Of a DNA stretch of 64,000 nt, positions 62,989 to 64,000 are shown piece after piece; within the stretch, counting starts at the first letter, position 1, and every line of letters starts with the position of its first letter. This DNA comes from Rhizophagus irregularis (Eukaryota): positions 3,224,001-3,288,000 of the forward strand of contig NC_089429.1 in NCBI RefSeq assembly GCF_026210795.1. The letters run 5' to 3'. A model generated the notes under the pieces. That model saw nothing but the letters and a program-made list of their open reading frames with translations. It did no database searches and was not told the origin of the DNA. The translations under genes and the position numbers were made by a program.

Positions 62989-63654
62989 TATAAAAGATAG
63001 TATCATAATAGATATTTTCAAACAATAAAAATAATTATTTTATGTTGGAATTTGTATTACCATCTTTAGACGCAAATATATCAAGATTCACTAATCCGTT
63101 TTCTATAATTTTAGGCTCGTTGGAAAGCCCTTATTCTGGACTTTATAGGCGAAAAAAGAGCTCACCGATTGAATCATTAGATCCAGAGATATTTACGTTT
63201 AAAGTTGAGGTACGAACTTTTTAACATGCTTAAATGCAAATATCTTGGGATCCACTGATCCGTTTTTTATAAATTTAGGCTCTTCGGAAAGCCCTTGATC
63301 TGGTCTATATGAGCGAAAAAAGAGCTTGCCAATTAGATCATTAGATCTGGAGATATTTATGTTTAAAGTTGAGATACAAATTTTTAATATATATAGTAAG
63401 TGCTAAGAATTATATTAATTTAAAAGAAATATTTACCAACTTATAGTATAATAACATTAAATAAAAGTTTTTTAATACTCACCTCCAATTTACTGTATAT
63501 TATATAGTATTTTATATAATAAAAATGTAATAAAATCAATATTTTAATTAAAGGTAGACAAATTAGCCTATATGATTTTTTTATTATATGCATAGGTGTA
63601 ATGAATACTATAAAAAAATAATTACGTAAAATTTATATAATATAAGTTAAGATA

Positions 63655-63830
63655 AAAATCACCAGTGGTAAATTAGAATTTAAAAATAATAAAAATCACC
63701 AGTGGTAATTAAAATTAAAAAATTACCAGAGGTAAATTAAACATAAAAATCACTAATGGTGAAATTAACATTTAAAATTATTAAATTCACCAATGGTGAT
63801 TAAAATTAAAAATTCACCAGTGGTAAAATC
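63655..63830. repeat. TCACCAGTGGT short repeats, probably MULE-like subterminal motifs
   Basis: Six degenerate copies, resembling motifs at 27588-27615. Confidence 0.5.
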
Positions 63831-64000
63831 CAAATAAATTCTAAATTATTATATTATAATCATCTAATTTATTGTATAAAGGTTATATAAATAATTAAAA
63901 TCAGAAATTTAATTAGGATAATATATAAGATTAATTTTAACCTAAAGTGATTTAACCTGAATAATTTAACCTATTAGTAAATTTTCAACAAAAAAATGTA

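Overview
Very AT-rich eukaryotic DNA made almost entirely of nested, mostly decayed transposable elements. I recognise no host housekeeping gene, rRNA, true tRNA or CRISPR locus. The TE repertoire and intron style suggest an arbuscular mycorrhizal fungus (Rhizophagus-like), which is inference only. Coding remnants: three non-LTR retrotransposons (RRM/knuckle ORF1; APE-RT-RNase H ORF2 in the two full-length copies), a spliced Sola3-like transposon, a near-intact Zator, a Tc1 and two FAR1/MULE pseudogenes. More than 20 MITE-type elements have readable TIRs, most with TSDs. The most striking structure is an ~820-bp CAGTC-ended MITE (29994-60859) inflated to ~31 kb by two head-to-tail retroelement arrays. 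In each array a LINE and copies of a ~1-kb tRNA-headed non-coding element (SINE-like) are separated by identical copies of a 15-16-bp target-derived repeat: AGTTTTATCCTTTTCC x5 and ATAATCACCAAATAT x4. The SINE 3' subtype tracks the target site, and the same site is hit in a second MITE copy at 8637. This points to a target-specific, array-building LINE + ncRNA partnership.
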